This document shows, piece after piece, positions 12,511 to 25,752 of a stretch of 64,000 nucleotides of DNA (position 1 is the stretch's first letter; each line of letters opens with the position of its first letter). The position numbers and the translations under genes were made by a program. The notes under the pieces are model-generated. The model was not told where the DNA came from, made no database searches, and saw only the letters and a list, made by a program, of their open reading frames with translations. The stretch comes from Eledone cirrhosa. Taxonomy: Eukaryota. The stretch spans positions 122,636,001-122,700,000 of the forward strand of contig OZ024744.1 in the NCBI GenBank assembly GCA_964016885.1. Reading direction: 5' to 3'.

Positions 12511-13409
12511 TTTTTGTCATTGTATCTGTGTTTGTCTTGTTTATCTTGAATTTTATTATTTAAAAACTATCATAATTTTATGTAAGAACCTGTGTTAAGT
12601 TATGCTCCAAATACCAGCTTAAAAACAAGACATCGAAAGTCTGTCTCAAGCCAGGAGGTTCATTAGGCCGTTGCTATCCTGGTTTTGTGGTGTGAAGCGA
12701 CCAAGAGTACAAGACTGCAGGTACTCATTTTCAGCTGAGTACACTGGAGCAACGTGGAATTAGGTTCTTTTTTCAAGAACAAGAACACAATACACAACTT
12801 AGCCCAGGAATTGAACCCATGACATTATGATTGTATGAACCACCACATAATAATAAAAAACAAAAAAAGTCAGACATTCAAATATTACAATGACAACCAC
12901 CCACCCCACCACCACTACTACCACTGAAAAATGAAAATGAAAATGATAATGCTTTGTTGATGCTGATGGTGGTGGTGATGATGGTGGTGGTGATGATGGT
13001 GGTGGTGATGATGATAATGGTTGTTTCTACTTTTGGAACAGGGCTAGCGATTTCCACAGTGAATTGCTGGTGCTCTGTCTTGTTGACCCCATAGAAGTGA
13101 GGATGGGATTTGTGCTCAGATCATAAATGGCAGACGCTGAGGATAATAATAATTGACGTCGACAGGATTGCTCAGACCATAAATTGTAGATGCTGATGAT
13201 GATGGTGGTTGATTCTGGTTTTGCCACAGAGCCAGCAATTATGCCAGTGTGTTGCTGGGACTCTGTTTTATCAACTCCCTAAGATAATAATAATGACTTT
13301 TAACAGGATTCACATTAGGAAAACATTAAAAACAGCACAAAAAATAATGATAGATAAATGTCACATAAATCGCCCCATAACTTAATTTTTTTCGTTTTTT
13401 TTAATGGTG

Positions 13410-16400
13410 TAACCATAAATTCACTAATCCTCGATATGAGTGTTTAAATGTTGAATCTAAACAGTTTGAATAATGGTGAAAAGGAGTCTAGAACGTCATG
13501 TGAAAGACTCTCACCCAGCAAGTGTTCCCTGGCCCAGCAGCAGGGATCTGGCTGTCATCCAAATACTGCTGGTGTTGGAGGAAAAAGAAGGAATGGGGCA
13601 AGAACCAACTGGATGAAAGAATTGAATAGAACTGTCATGAAATGTTACCTGAAGAGTAACCACATGGGAAAAGACTATAGGAAACGGATGCATAACATCT
13701 GGAACGAGATTGGTCTATTTAAATTAGGTGAACAAAAATTGGCTGGTCAGGCTTGTGTTATAAGAACTAATGGATGGAGTTGGAACTGGAGGAACTGAAC
13801 AGTAAGATTGAGTTGGAAATGGAGAGTGGGGTATATCAGACAAATAAGCCAGTGGGAAATAAAGGTGAAGAAGTTGAGAGACCTGAGGAAGCAACCGAAG
13901 CAGACAATGATCTGAATGCTGAAATAAATTACATCTGGAACAAAGATACGGCCATTGAGGAAATGAATGCTGACGGGCTAAGGCAAGATTTGGTTGATAT
14001 CCTGAACTTAGTGGTAGATGAAATGAACAATGATAGTGGAAAACCTATGAACCTAAGATTTGTAGACAGGAAAAAGTTAAAAGAAACAACAGCTAAGGTA
14101 AACAAGGTCATCCCATACCTTGAGGCGAGGAACCTTCACCAATGCAACAATATCCTCAAAGCAACTGCAAATGCAGTGAGCAAATTACTTTGTATAAAAA
14201 CGAGAGGAAACAACCAACAAGAAAGATCAGAACCTTGGTGGAAGAAACGACTGAATGGTCAAATCAAGGAAATGAGAAAAGACATTGAAAACCTTAAATC
14301 TTTAATGAATGGGACATTACAAAATATAGATTGGAAATAAAGTACAACACTAAGGGAAAAGAGCTAAATATTATCATAGTGGAACTGAAGCAACGCATTG
14401 TAGCAAAAAGCACAAAGATTAGGCGGTATGAGAACAGAGTTTGTCAGTATAGACAGAACCGCATGTTTGACAACAACCAGAAGATGTTTGAACAGCTTGA
14501 AGGGAAAGAAAGAGGTAACGACATGATCCCTGAAGCTGAACAAACTAAGACATTCTGGAGAGGAATATGGGAGCAGGATGTTAAACATAATGATCAGGCA
14601 GTATGGATTGAGACAGTACAAAAGGAGATTAGTGAACAGGCACACCAACAACCTGATTTGAGTATCACAGTTGAAACTCTTAAAGGGCAGGCCAAAAAAC
14701 TAACCAACTGGAAATCACCAGGCCCAGATGATGTGCAAGGATATTGGATAAAAAATATAACATCCCTCCACCCAAAACTGACAGCCATGTTCAATGACTG
14801 CTTGGTGTCGAGTGAAGTACCAGAGTGGTTGACAAAAGGTACCACAATTCTGGAAATGAAAGACCGAATCAAGGGTAATGATGTTACCAACTATAGGCCT
14901 ATCACATGTCTGTCCGTAATGCAGAAACTGTTAACAAGCATTGTGTCTGAGGAAATCTACTATCACCTCCCCATAAACAACTTGTTACCAGACGAACAGG
15001 AAAGATACCAAAAGAAGTCCTGTGGTACAAAAGACCAGTTATTTATTGATAAGATGGTAATGAGGAATTGCAAGAGGAGGCATACTGGTCTTGCCATGGG
15101 ATGGATAGATTACAAAAAGACATTCGACATGGTACCTCATTCTTGGATAACCAAAAGCCTAGAGATCTTCAAGGTGGCAGACAACATCAGACAGCTATTA
15201 AGTAAAAGTATGAAGTCCTGGGAAACGGAGCTAACACTAGGTGGAGAATTCTTGGGAGGTGTGAAGATCAAGAGAGGTATCTTCCAGGGAGATAGTTTGT
15301 CCCCTTTGTTGTTTGTCCTTACCCTCATACACTTGTCCCTCATATTGCGAAAAGTGAGAGCAGGATACAAGCTGGGAAGAGGAGAGCTTACCATCAACCA
15401 CCTCCTCTTCATGGACGATCTTTGGGAAAAGTGAGTCGGAGTTGGATCTACTTGTTAACACTGTCCGTATTTTCAGCAATGATATATGTATGGAATTTGG
15501 TGTTAATAAGTGTGGAGTTCTAGTGATGAAGAGGGGTAAATTGAGCAGAAGCAACGGAATCCAGGTACCAACAGGTGAAATGATAAAGGAAATTGACACT
15601 GAAGAGTGATACAAATATTCAGATGACATCAAGAACAAAAAAATGAAAGAATTGATAAGATCTGAATACATAAGGAGAGCAAGGAACATATTAAAATCAC
15701 ATATAAATAGTAGGAATGTCATAAGTGCAGTAAACTCCCGAGCTGTGTCTGCCTTTCATCCTTATGGGGTCGATAAAATAAAGTACCACTGGGTAATTGC
15801 TGGCCTTGTGCCAAAAGTAGAAACAATTATTAGGTACAGTGTGGGAATTCTGAAATGGCATGTTACTGAACAAAAAGAAATGGATAGAAAGACTAGGAAG
15901 CTAATGACTACCTGCAGCCTGTCCTACAAGACAAATGATGTTGATAGACTCTACTTAAAGAAATCTGAAGGTGGAAGAGGTCTTATCAGCATAGAGGATT
16001 GTGTTCAGATGGAGATAAAAGGTTTGCACAAATATGTGTCTGACAGTAGGGAGCCAATGCTCAAAGTTGTACTGAAGGAGAAGACAATAGACCAGGAGAT
16101 GTCCAAAGAAATAACAAGGAGAAAGAGCAACCTTCATAGCACCTGCTTTAAGAAAACGGAATTCAGAGATCCACAGACATGGAACTGGATCAAAAGAGGA
16201 GACCTTAAAAAAGTTACAGAAGGAATACTAATGGCAGGCATAAGAACAAGCCCTCAGAACGAAGTGGGTGAAACACCATATTGACAAGGAGGAGGCTAGC
16301 TCACTGTGTAGGATGTGGAGAGAGAGAGGGGACTGTGGCTCGCATCGTATCTGAGTGTAAACACCTAGCCCAGACTCACTATAAAGGCTGGAGACATGAT

Positions 16401-16870
16401 ATGACAGGAAATGTGATTCCCTGGCATCTATGCAAACTAAACAATTTACCACATTCTGAGAAGTGGTATGAGCATAAGCTAGAGTCGGTGATAGAAAACG
16501 ATCAGGTGAAGGTGCTATGGGATTTTAGGATACAGATGGACAAGAAATTAGAACACAATAGGCCTGACCTGGTGGTTTTTGACAAGGAAAAAAGATTGTA
16601 CCTGATTATAGATGTAGCCTATCCCTTTGACACAAGAGTGCAAGAAAAGGGGAAGGAGAAATTAACCGATACCAGGATTTAAAGTGGCAGTTAAAAAGGA
16701 TTTGGAACTGCCATGAAATCAAGGTCATCCCAATTGTCATAGGTGCACTATGGTTAAAAAAGATTAGTCCAGCCCCCTTTTTTGGAACACTTCAAAAGGC
16801 ATGCTTGCTGGGAACAGCAAGAACCCTCCGATACGTCCTGAATATCTGAGACTGCAGGTAGCGGCTTGAT
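13410..16870 (+). mobile_element. Near full-length decayed R4/Dong-clade non-LTR retrotransposon (RT + RLE)
   Basis: RT motifs KSPGPD, NYRPITCL, DYKKTFD, GIFQGDSLSP and HLLFMDD; CCHC-like CVGC...ETVARIVSEC; RLE RPDLVVFDK...IIDVAYP. Multiple frameshifts and stops. Confidence 0.92.
15750..15824 (+). mobile_element. 5'-truncated SINE (family A) inserted into the R4 ORF
   Basis: gcctttcatccttatggggtcgataaaataaagtacc...gtagaaaca matches the 3' half of 30503-30693 and splits AVS/IIRY. Confidence 0.85.
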
Positions 16871-18109
16871 ATTCATTTGAAATATGGTAATGAAAGTGTT
16901 AAAATGTTTATGGAGAGAGAGAGAGTGGGGGAGGGGAGTAGGTGTGTGTGTGTATGAGTGAATAACAGACACAAACACTGACGCATGTACACAGGAACAC
17001 ACACACAGACATACACATATCGACAGAGACCAGTGATGAGGATCATACACACACACAGACATATACACACATACACAGACATACACTACAGTTAAATATT
17101 TTTCTTATAAATTCCTGAAAGTAAGTTTGGTGTAAAAGTACAGGAAGTGGAGATATTGTACAACAGGAAGTTTGGTATGTGCACCATTCCATAGTGTGTG
17201 AGTGTGTGTGTGTTAGTGAATGTATGTGTGTTAGTGTGTTAGACTATGTATATATATGTGTATGATTATGTGACTATTGTCAATTATGATCTTATTTGAT
17301 GTATCATATCTACATGTATATATACTTGCGTATAATATCAATATACACACTACACATGCTAGCAGAAAACCACCCAAAAGGTGGTTTTCTGCTAGTAATA
17401 ATAATATTCGATTCGTTTGCAGCGCTGTTTTTTTTAATTTTCAACAAAGCTAGCCATGAGATCACTCGTTATGCAAATGAGGCTAATCAGCCAATGTATG
17501 CTTTAGAGAATACAATATATTCTCAAGAGTTCTAGTGAGTGACAGGAGAGATATACACAATCTTGACAAAGGGCAATAACCCAGTTGTTTCTCTGTCACT
17601 GCTAGAACAACAGGACGACAATGGTCATCTAAAACACAGCATAAGGAGGCTGTTTGCTTGTAAACAAATCATCTAATATATAATTGTTTCCACTTTTGGC
17701 ACAAGGCCAGCAATTACTCAGTACATTACTGGTACTTTATTTTATCGACCCCATAAGGATATATAATGCTCTCGTGTTTTTGTACTTCACGCAAAGGGAG
17801 GTAACTCATCTATGTTTTTATATTTAAATATAAATACATACATAAATAAATATAAACATTATACAAAATAATGATTACATACACACACATCTATGTGATG
17901 AGTGTGGAAGGAAGGGGGCTGTGATAAACTATAGAAAACAGAGAACAGCGTTCGCTACACCTGTGTTACTCATACACATAAATATTTACACATGCATACA
18001 CACATATATGAGTGTGCATGTAATAATTATTTTCTGGGTCTGTTTATGTGTATGTTTGAGTAGATGTGTGTATGTAATAATTATTTTTAACTAGAGTTCT
18101 TAGATTGGC

Positions 18110-18481
18110 TACACTTTTGTGAGTGTTTGTGTGTGTGAGTGTTTGTGTGTGTGAGTGTTTGTGTGTGTGAGTGTTTGTGTGTGTGAGCGTTTGTGTGTGT
18201 GAGTGTATGTGTGTGAGTGTTTGTGTGTGTGAGTGTATGTGTGTGAGTGTTTGTGTGTGTGAGTGTATGTGTGTGTGAGTGTATGTGTGTGAGTGTATGT
18301 GTGTGAGTGTATGTGTGTGAGTGTATGTGTGTGAGTGTTTGTGTGTGTGAGTGTATGTGTGTGAGTGTATGTGTGTGAGTGTTTGTGTGTGTGAGTGTTT
18401 GTGTGTGTGAGTGTTTGTGTGTGTGAGTGTATGTGTGTGTGAGTGTATGTGTGTGAGTGTTTGTGTGTGTGAGTGTATGTG
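18110..18481. repeat. Compound (GT)n/GAGT microsatellite
   Basis: Read directly from the sequence. Confidence 0.95.
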
Positions 18482-18874
18482 TTGTTGAAGGAGCCAAGTC
18501 CCTAGCAATATCGAAATAAATTAGAATTATCATGAATCGCAGGTGAAAGGTATATACAAATACACACATCTCAATTCCTGTATGAGCAAGACAAGGTCAC
18601 CTGACCTGGCATTGCCCACAACAGAACAACCCATCTAACCCATGCTAGTGAGGAAGAATGGACGAAAACGGTGATGATGATGAAGAACTATATATATAAA
18701 TATAACAAAGAAAGTGTGGTAAGAAACCAGGTGGACCATAATGCACCAGAGTACTCGATACTTAGGGTAGCAGAGTGGGTAATAGGAAAAGAGTCAGGAC
18801 CTCGACTGCTGAGTTCCGGCCATTTCGCCAACTAGATCTGAACGGAGCTCAGCCATTGGGGTCCTGACTCTTTT

Positions 18875-18908
<34 letters not shown>

Positions 18909-18951
18909 AATAAACAACATAACTATGATTAAATTACATTAAATTATTTTA

Positions 18952-19021
18952 TTGATTTACAAACGTTTCAATCAATACAGTAAGAAAACACATTTCCTCT
19001 GTATTGTTTTCTTCAGAATCT
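18952..19021 (-). ncRNA. Type I hammerhead ribozyme motif (Penelope-type)
   Basis: Minus strand reads gatt CTGAAGA aaa CAATACAG...CTGTATTG att GAAA CGTT tgtaaatc. Stem I is imperfect. Confidence 0.6.
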
Positions 19022-19604
19022 ATTAAACAACGTAAATAACAATTATTTACCAACCACATGACTGAACATCTCAATACCAAAAACAAACAAATTTAAAATA
19101 CAATTGGGAAAAATGTTAAAACTTCAATGAAGACTGAACAACCTTTATATGGTTGTGTTAACTCCTCTAAACTATTATATACAGATAGATAATTCTATAA
19201 GTTGATAAAAGAACATATTTATAATAGGTCCTGATGATTTCTTTATAAGGATATTGTGAGCAATATCGAAAGGGAAGAAACATATATATCAGATAAATAA
19301 TGTATTAACTGTTGAACTTGGTGATATATATATAACTTTGTTATATATATATATATATATATATAATGATAATAAATATATTTCATCATCATCATCATTT
19401 AATGTCTATCTTCCACACTAGCATGAGTTAGACGGGTTATATATAAGAATATATATAATAAGGGTAATGCTATATATTAACCTATTACCAGTAAGAATGT
19501 AGCTCAATGTAAAATATCAAGTATAATACAGAGCAGAAATACAACATAGATAACAATAAAATTGTGTTTAAGGCATTTAATATATATATATATATATATA
19601 CACA

Positions 19605-20220
19605 TACTAGGTATAGAGGTGGTTGATAGCTTCTGATACCTAGGTAATCAGATTAGCATGGGAGGAGGGTGTACCGAGGTCATAGTATCTAGAATAAGGA
19701 CAGGCTGGAAGAAGTTTAGGGAACTGCTTCCTCTGTTGACAAAGAAGGGTTTCTCCCTATGTACGAAAGGCCGGTTATATGATGCCTGTGTGAGATGCGC
19801 GATGCTGCATGGTAGTGAAACATGGGCAGCAACTGCAGAGGATATGTGATGGCTGGAGAGAAATGAAGCAAGCATGCTCTGATAGATGTGCAATGTCAAT
19901 GTGTGTGAACGACCCAGCATAGACGAGTTGAGAAAGAAACTGGGTATAAGAGGGATAAGTTGTGGTGTGCAGGAGAGAAGACTGAGATAGTATGGACATG
20001 TGAAGTGCATGGAGGATGACCGCTGGGTAAAGAAGTGCCAAGAAATCCCAGTAGAGGAAGATCACGAAAAACATGGGCAGAGGTGGTGAGACCAGACCCT
20101 AAATTGCTGAAGCTGACGGAGATGACGAAGGACCATGACAAGTGGAGAGATGCTGTGCAGAATAGGACCCGTCCCACCCTTGCAAGCAGAGAAAAGCGGA
20201 CGTAAAATGATGATGATGAT
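19605..20220 (+). mobile_element. RTE LINE 3' fragment (short 3' UTR)
   Basis: RIRTGWKKFRELLPLLT...AMLHGSETW is homologous to the ORF at 25827-28844. Ends cgtcccacccttgcaagcagagaaaagcggacgtaaaa(tga)n. Confidence 0.9.
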
Positions 20221-20221
20221 A

Positions 20222-20625
20222 CTAGCTGACGTGTCCAGCTTTGCCTGGGTAAATAAATAAGAGAAGACCGGTAGAAGAGAAAATGACTAATGGATGTTTG
20301 TCTGGTTTACAGTATGAGGTTAAAAGTGATTCTCTTGTATTCAATTCTACAACTTTGAAACACTGAGTCTTGAGCTTTATTTACGGTCATAGTAAAACTG
20401 GTTCTAACAGGGAACTGGAGTCCTGAGAATTTGAAAGACAGCTCAAGAGAGGAAAGGATAAGAGGAATGTTGGGAATAAATACATTTTCTCCTTGATGAT
20501 TGCTTCCAAGAATAGTGACCTCTAGGTGATGTTTCATCTTCTGCCCGACTGTAAAGTGTGTCCCATTGCATTGAAGTAGCGTGTCCATGTTTCTCAAAAG
20601 GATGATGGAAGTTCCAACCTTTTAT
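20222..20625 (-). mobile_element. Helitron 3' fragment with the Pif1 helicase C-terminus
   Basis: GENVFIPNIPL...QFPVRTSFTMTVNKAQ (Pif1-like), followed by an imperfect subterminal hairpin and a CTAG end. Confidence 0.8.
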
Positions 20626-20627
20626 GT

Positions 20628-20654
<27 letters not shown>

Positions 20655-20659
<5 letters not shown>

Positions 20660-21733
20660 TAGATAGAAATCTTTATTTTCCACAGGGGCGTACAAAAATG
20701 GGACATTACAAGATGTGACGGCGAGGGTTTTACATAAAAATAACTTTAACATTAATAAATAACAATAAACTATATATAATAAAATAACAATTGAAATCCA
20801 CAATAGCGGGGAACGTTACTGCAGGGTTGTTTTACACCCCGTGGATAGAACAACCCTCAACACCAGGAACACGTTTTGTAGGTGTTCCTGTCTTCCCTCT
20901 GTTTATCTTCCTCAACCAATAGGTTTATATACAGAGAAGGCCCATTCACTCGGGCCATTTTTGCCACATTCACCCACCTTTCAGCGAATTTACTGGAATT
21001 TTCTGAAGTGGTACTTAAAGAAGTGGATAAGTTGTTGTCCGGAGAGAAAGGTGTTTGCCCTCAGTCCTTTTAACCTCGTCCACCATATTACCTCTTTCGC
21101 CATAGCCACCAGACATACGAAGACCGTCTCTCCTTCATTCTTAAATGAAGGCGGCGGAGTGATCCTCACGATGGACTCGGCTGACAACTGGATGCGTCCC
21201 ACACGTGACAGTAGCTGTTCGACGTAATTCCACCGGTCGGTCACCCCTGGGCACTGAACAATTCCGTGCAGAACGGTTTCGATGTCCTGCATGCATCTTG
21301 GACAGGTCCTTTTGGCAGGATCCCTGCCAGGGCATCCGTGCCTGTAGATTTTGTCTCGAACTGGTAGAGCTCCTCAGTAGCACTGCCAGGCCAGAGACCT
21401 CTGGAAGTTATCCATAGGCCCTGGACGGAAAGTCCTCCCGAACAGACTGGTCAGTTCGTCCTCCTCGATGCCTAGAGTTTCCCCGAGAACGTCGTCGAAC
21501 TTATGCTCCACTAATCCCCTATAGATTGTCGAATTAGAGTCTCTGCTGATTGCCGTTTCCACTTGGTAGAGGGCTGTGAGCGCCTGTAGGCACTCAAGGT
21601 GCCAGGCACCCATTTTCGTTCTTCGCTTGACCCAGGACTGCAGCTCTGTTAGTGAGACGAGTTGTGGAAGAGCTTGTCTCACATACGACAGCCATACCGG
21701 TTCACCGGTCAGGAATACCTGGAGATGGCGTAG
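20655..21733 (-). mobile_element. 5'-truncated L1/Tx1 LINE
   Basis: MDNFQRSLAWQCY and EVIWWTRLKGL. Same subfamily as 31980-37657. Confidence 0.88.
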
Positions 21734-21744
21734 AGATAGATAGA

Positions 21745-22900
21745 TAGATAGATAATTTTCTTTTTATTTGCCACCAGGGCATCAAAGAGTGGGACAAGTA
21801 CAATGGGGGGAGTTTACATAAAAAGGCGTCCTCAATAAGGAGGAGGCAATAACAAAATATAAAAATATAAAATATAACAAAAATAAATTGAATAACAAAA
21901 TCCTCAATAGGAGGGTCGCACACACTCCCGAAAAAGTGTGCAACCCTTCTCCTCAGGAGCACAGAGAGAGGGTGCTCCCTTGATCTTTCATCTTACTCAC
22001 CTACAGTCTGATGTAGAGTGAAGGCCCATTCACACGGCCCACTCTCGGCACTTTCACCCATCTTTCATAAAAACAACTGGGGTTGAGCATCTCTCTCTCC
22101 ATCCTGATCCTTCTTCCGAAATGATATCGGAAGAAACGGGCCAGTTGTTGGCCAGAGAGAAAGGTGTCTGACCTCAGTCCTTTCAGACGCGTCAACCATA
22201 CAACTTCTTTCGCCATGGCTATTACACACAGAAACACCGCCTCTCCTTCGTTTTTGAAGAGGGGAGGCGGCTTAACCGTTACAATGGCTTCGGTGGTCAA
22301 CCGGATAGGTCCCACTCGTGACAGCAGTCGTTCGACATAGCCTCACAGATCGGCAATGCCCAAGCAGTGTACCAATGCATGTGCAATGGTTTCCTCGTCA
22401 CACACGCATCTGGGACAGATCTTTTTCGAGGGGTCCCTACCCAGGCACCCGTGTCTGTAGAGCCTTTCTCGAACAGGCAGAGCCCCTCGGTAGCACTGCC
22501 AGGCCAGGGACCTCTGGAAGTTATCCATAGGTCCTGGGCTGAATGTCCTACCGAACAGGTTGGCCAGTTCGTTTTCCTCCATGCCTAGGGCTTCTCTGAG
22601 GGCGTCGTCGCACCTGCTAACCACCAGCCCTCTATAGAATGACGAGGTGGATTCTCCACTGACAGCCAGGTCCGCCTGCCAGAGAGCCCTGAGCACCTGG
22701 ACACACTCGGTGTGCCAGGCGCCCAGTTTTCTCGGTCTTGCTTGACCGAGGATTCCAGCTTGGTGAGCGAGACGAGTCTGAGAAAGGCTCGCCTCACAAA
22801 CGGGGCCCCACACCGGTTGACCGGTGAGGAATACCTGGAGGTGCCGTAGCCTTAATGCGTGTTTACGCATCATCAGCCACGGCATCCCCAGCCCTCCTTA
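21745..22900 (-). mobile_element. 5'-truncated L1/Tx1 LINE (second subfamily)
   Basis: GGLGMP...WQCYRGALPV...CPRCVCDEETIAHALVHC (C-terminal CCHC). Bounded by (GATA)n on both sides. Confidence 0.9.
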
Positions 22901-23494
22901 GATAGATAGATAGATAGATAAATAGGAACATGAGGAGCCCTGTGAGGTGGGGTGGCTGTTGCAGTGGGTGTCGCTGGCCATTGTTTGCAGCCCCAACACC
23001 ATGGCCCCTAGATCACCCTCTGCCTTTTTTACCCCTTCCTAATTTGTAATATTATTTATACAATTCTAAATAAAATTAGTATATTACACAATTATGTGGA
23101 GTGAGAAGAAATTCTTGCTATGAAAAAATCATGAGACTAATATTATTTTTAGAATGGCTGAATGATTTTCAGCTATAATATATAGAAAATGGTGTTAAAA
23201 GTAAAATGATTAAAGATACAGATAATTAGGATCTCATATATAAATGTGTGAGTGTGCCTGCATTGTCTAACCGATATAAGGACAATGATGATGTATGTAA
23301 ATGTGCAGGCATACGTATCTTTGTGATATTGTTTCCTTCACCACTCGTGATGATGTTTATGTTCTGCATAAATAAGGGTCTTGCTATTCAGTTATTCAAC
23401 ATGCAAAAGTGAGCAATACATTACATGTCTTGTGCAACCTATGCTATCGTGAGGTAGGATGGCAAAAAAACTACAATAGGTAGAGCCACTATTT

Positions 23495-24240
23495 CTCTGA
23501 ATTGAGAGACATGTGGTTAGAATGTCTCAGGAAAGAATCTCTAAATTGAGAGATCACAGCTCTGATACTATGACATGTGGTTAGAATGTCTCAGGAAAGA
23601 ATCTCTAAATTGAGAGATCACAGCTCTGATACTATGACATCTGGTTAGAATGTCTCAAGAAAGAATCTCTGAATTGAGAGATCACAGCTCTGATACTATG
23701 ACATGTGGTTAGAATGTCTCAGGAAAGAATCTCTAAATTGAGAGATCACAGCTCTGATACTATGACATCTGGTTAGAATGTCTCAAGAAAGAATCTCTGA
23801 ATTGAGAGATCACAGCTCTGATACTATGACATGTGGTTAGAATGTCTCAGGAAAGAATCTCTAAATTGAGAGATTACAGCTCTGATACTATGACATCTGG
23901 TTAGAATGTCTCAGGAAAGAATCTCTGAATTGAGAGATCACAGCTCTGATAATATGACATGTGGTTAGAATGTCTCAGGAAAGAATCTCTTAATTGAGAG
24001 ATCACAGCTCTGATACTATGACGTGGTTAGAATGTCTCAGGAAAGAATCTCTGAATTGAGAGATCACAGTTCTGATACTATGACATGTGGTTAGAATTTC
24101 TCAAGAAAGAATCTCTTAATTGAGAGATCACAGCTCTGATACTATGGACATGTGGTTAGAATGTCTCAGGAAAGAATCTCTGAATTGAGAGATCACAGCT
24201 CTGATACTATGACATGTGGTTAGTATGTCTCAGGAAAGAA
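23495..24240. repeat. 64-bp minisatellite, about 11.5 copies, reverse complement of the array at 1-172
   Basis: Unit acatgtggttagaatgtctcaggaaagaatctctgaattgagagatcacagctctgatactatg. Confidence 0.97.
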
Positions 24241-24479
24241 TAACTGGACAGATTTTACAGGCAAAACCAACTGGCAGGAGACCCAGAAGTACACCTCAAG
24301 CAAGATAAGATATATGAACTTGGCTGGTCTCACTTGGGGATCCAACCAGATCAGTTGGAGACGGTTGTTTCTGACAGGACCCACTAGAAGGATTGTTTGA
24401 GGACTCTTCCCCCATGACTCTACAGGAAGAAGAAAAAAAGAAGACGACGATGTCAAAAAAAAAAGACAAAAGACATGAC

Positions 24480-24750
24480 CACTCTACAGTGTGTACTGGG
24501 TTGTTGTGATATCAACATAACTTTTCAGTGTAAGGGACAGAAGAGGGTGGGTGGGTGTTGTGACATGGGGGTTTATAGAAGGCGGTATAGAGGTGTCTAC
24601 TGGGTGTATGTGTGAGACCGTGCCCATGGGAAGGTGTGTCTTCTGTATTACTGCATAACACCAGAGATCTCGGTCCTGTGACATTGTCTTTGAGAGGTAT
24701 AATTGGGCAAGGTCAGCTTTTATCACCCGATCCCAGGTCTTCCTATACAT
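24480..24750 (-). mobile_element. RTE LINE fragment (ORF end plus part of the long 3' UTR)
   Basis: RKTWDRVIKADLAQLYLSKTMSQDRDLW resembles the end of the intact ORF. Confidence 0.8.
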
Positions 24751-24822
24751 ACATATATCTATATTTAACAGTGGAAGATAGAGGTTAAACGATGATGATG
24801 ATATAGTTCGGGTATCATATAT

Positions 24823-25525
24823 ATCATCATCATCATCATTTAACGTCCATCTTCCACGCTGGCATGGGTTGGATGGTTTTGTCCCACTTGAGGCAAGATT
24901 GGTCGGGAGACCGTGTCTCGCTCATGCAGAACTGTATCTGGCAGGTTTTCTACAGCTGGATGCCCTTCCTAACACCAACCACATTTACAGTGTGGACTGG
25001 GTGCTCTTTGTTGTGTCTACTACATGACCACTTTACAGTGGACAAAAATAGGAGGATGGAGTAGGGTGTGTGGGATGGGGTGTATATTGGGTTAAGAGGT
25101 GCCTACTGACTGTAGGTTTGTATGCAATGGCAGTTGGGTCTTCTGTACAACTGCATGGTGCCCAAGATCTCGATCCAGTGACATTGTCTTAGAGAGGTGT
25201 AGGTGAGCAAGGTAAGTTTTTATCACTTACATCAATTTTCATTGCCCTGCACTTTTTTATACAGCTGTTGTCCTTCATATACATGTCCATACCAACGCAA
25301 TCTCCTCTTCAGAACACAACATTTGATATCTCGTATGCTTAGTCTCCCTCTTAGTTCGTTTATGCTTCGCCGTTCGCACACATTACTATTACACATCCAT
25401 CGGAGCTTGCAAGCTTCATTTCTTTCTAATCTACGCAAGTCTTCACCACACAACGCCCAGGTCTCACTACCATGAAATATTGCCGTTCGTATACAAGCAT
25501 CATACAATCTGTCTTTTACTTTTAT
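24823..25525 (-). mobile_element. RTE LINE 3' fragment with the long 3' UTR
   Basis: RLYDACIRTAIFHGSETW..., then a UTR containing ggttggtgttaggaagggcatccagctgtagaaaa and a (TGA)n tail. Confidence 0.88.
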
Positions 25526-25752
25526 ATGGTTGAAAATGAACAAACAAAACACGAGGCAATTTTACAGTTAAATTAGGTTCACACTTGGAAGTGTGGAAGT
25601 GGTGGAGTTTTTGATGTTTTGGACAGAAGTTCTTCATCTGGAAAGTTCGACTAAGGGGAGAACAGAAATTCCGAGGAGTTGAAAAGGATAAAGACAATGC
25701 CAAGAAATATGAAGAAAACAATAATCAATAACAATCAAATATATATATATAT

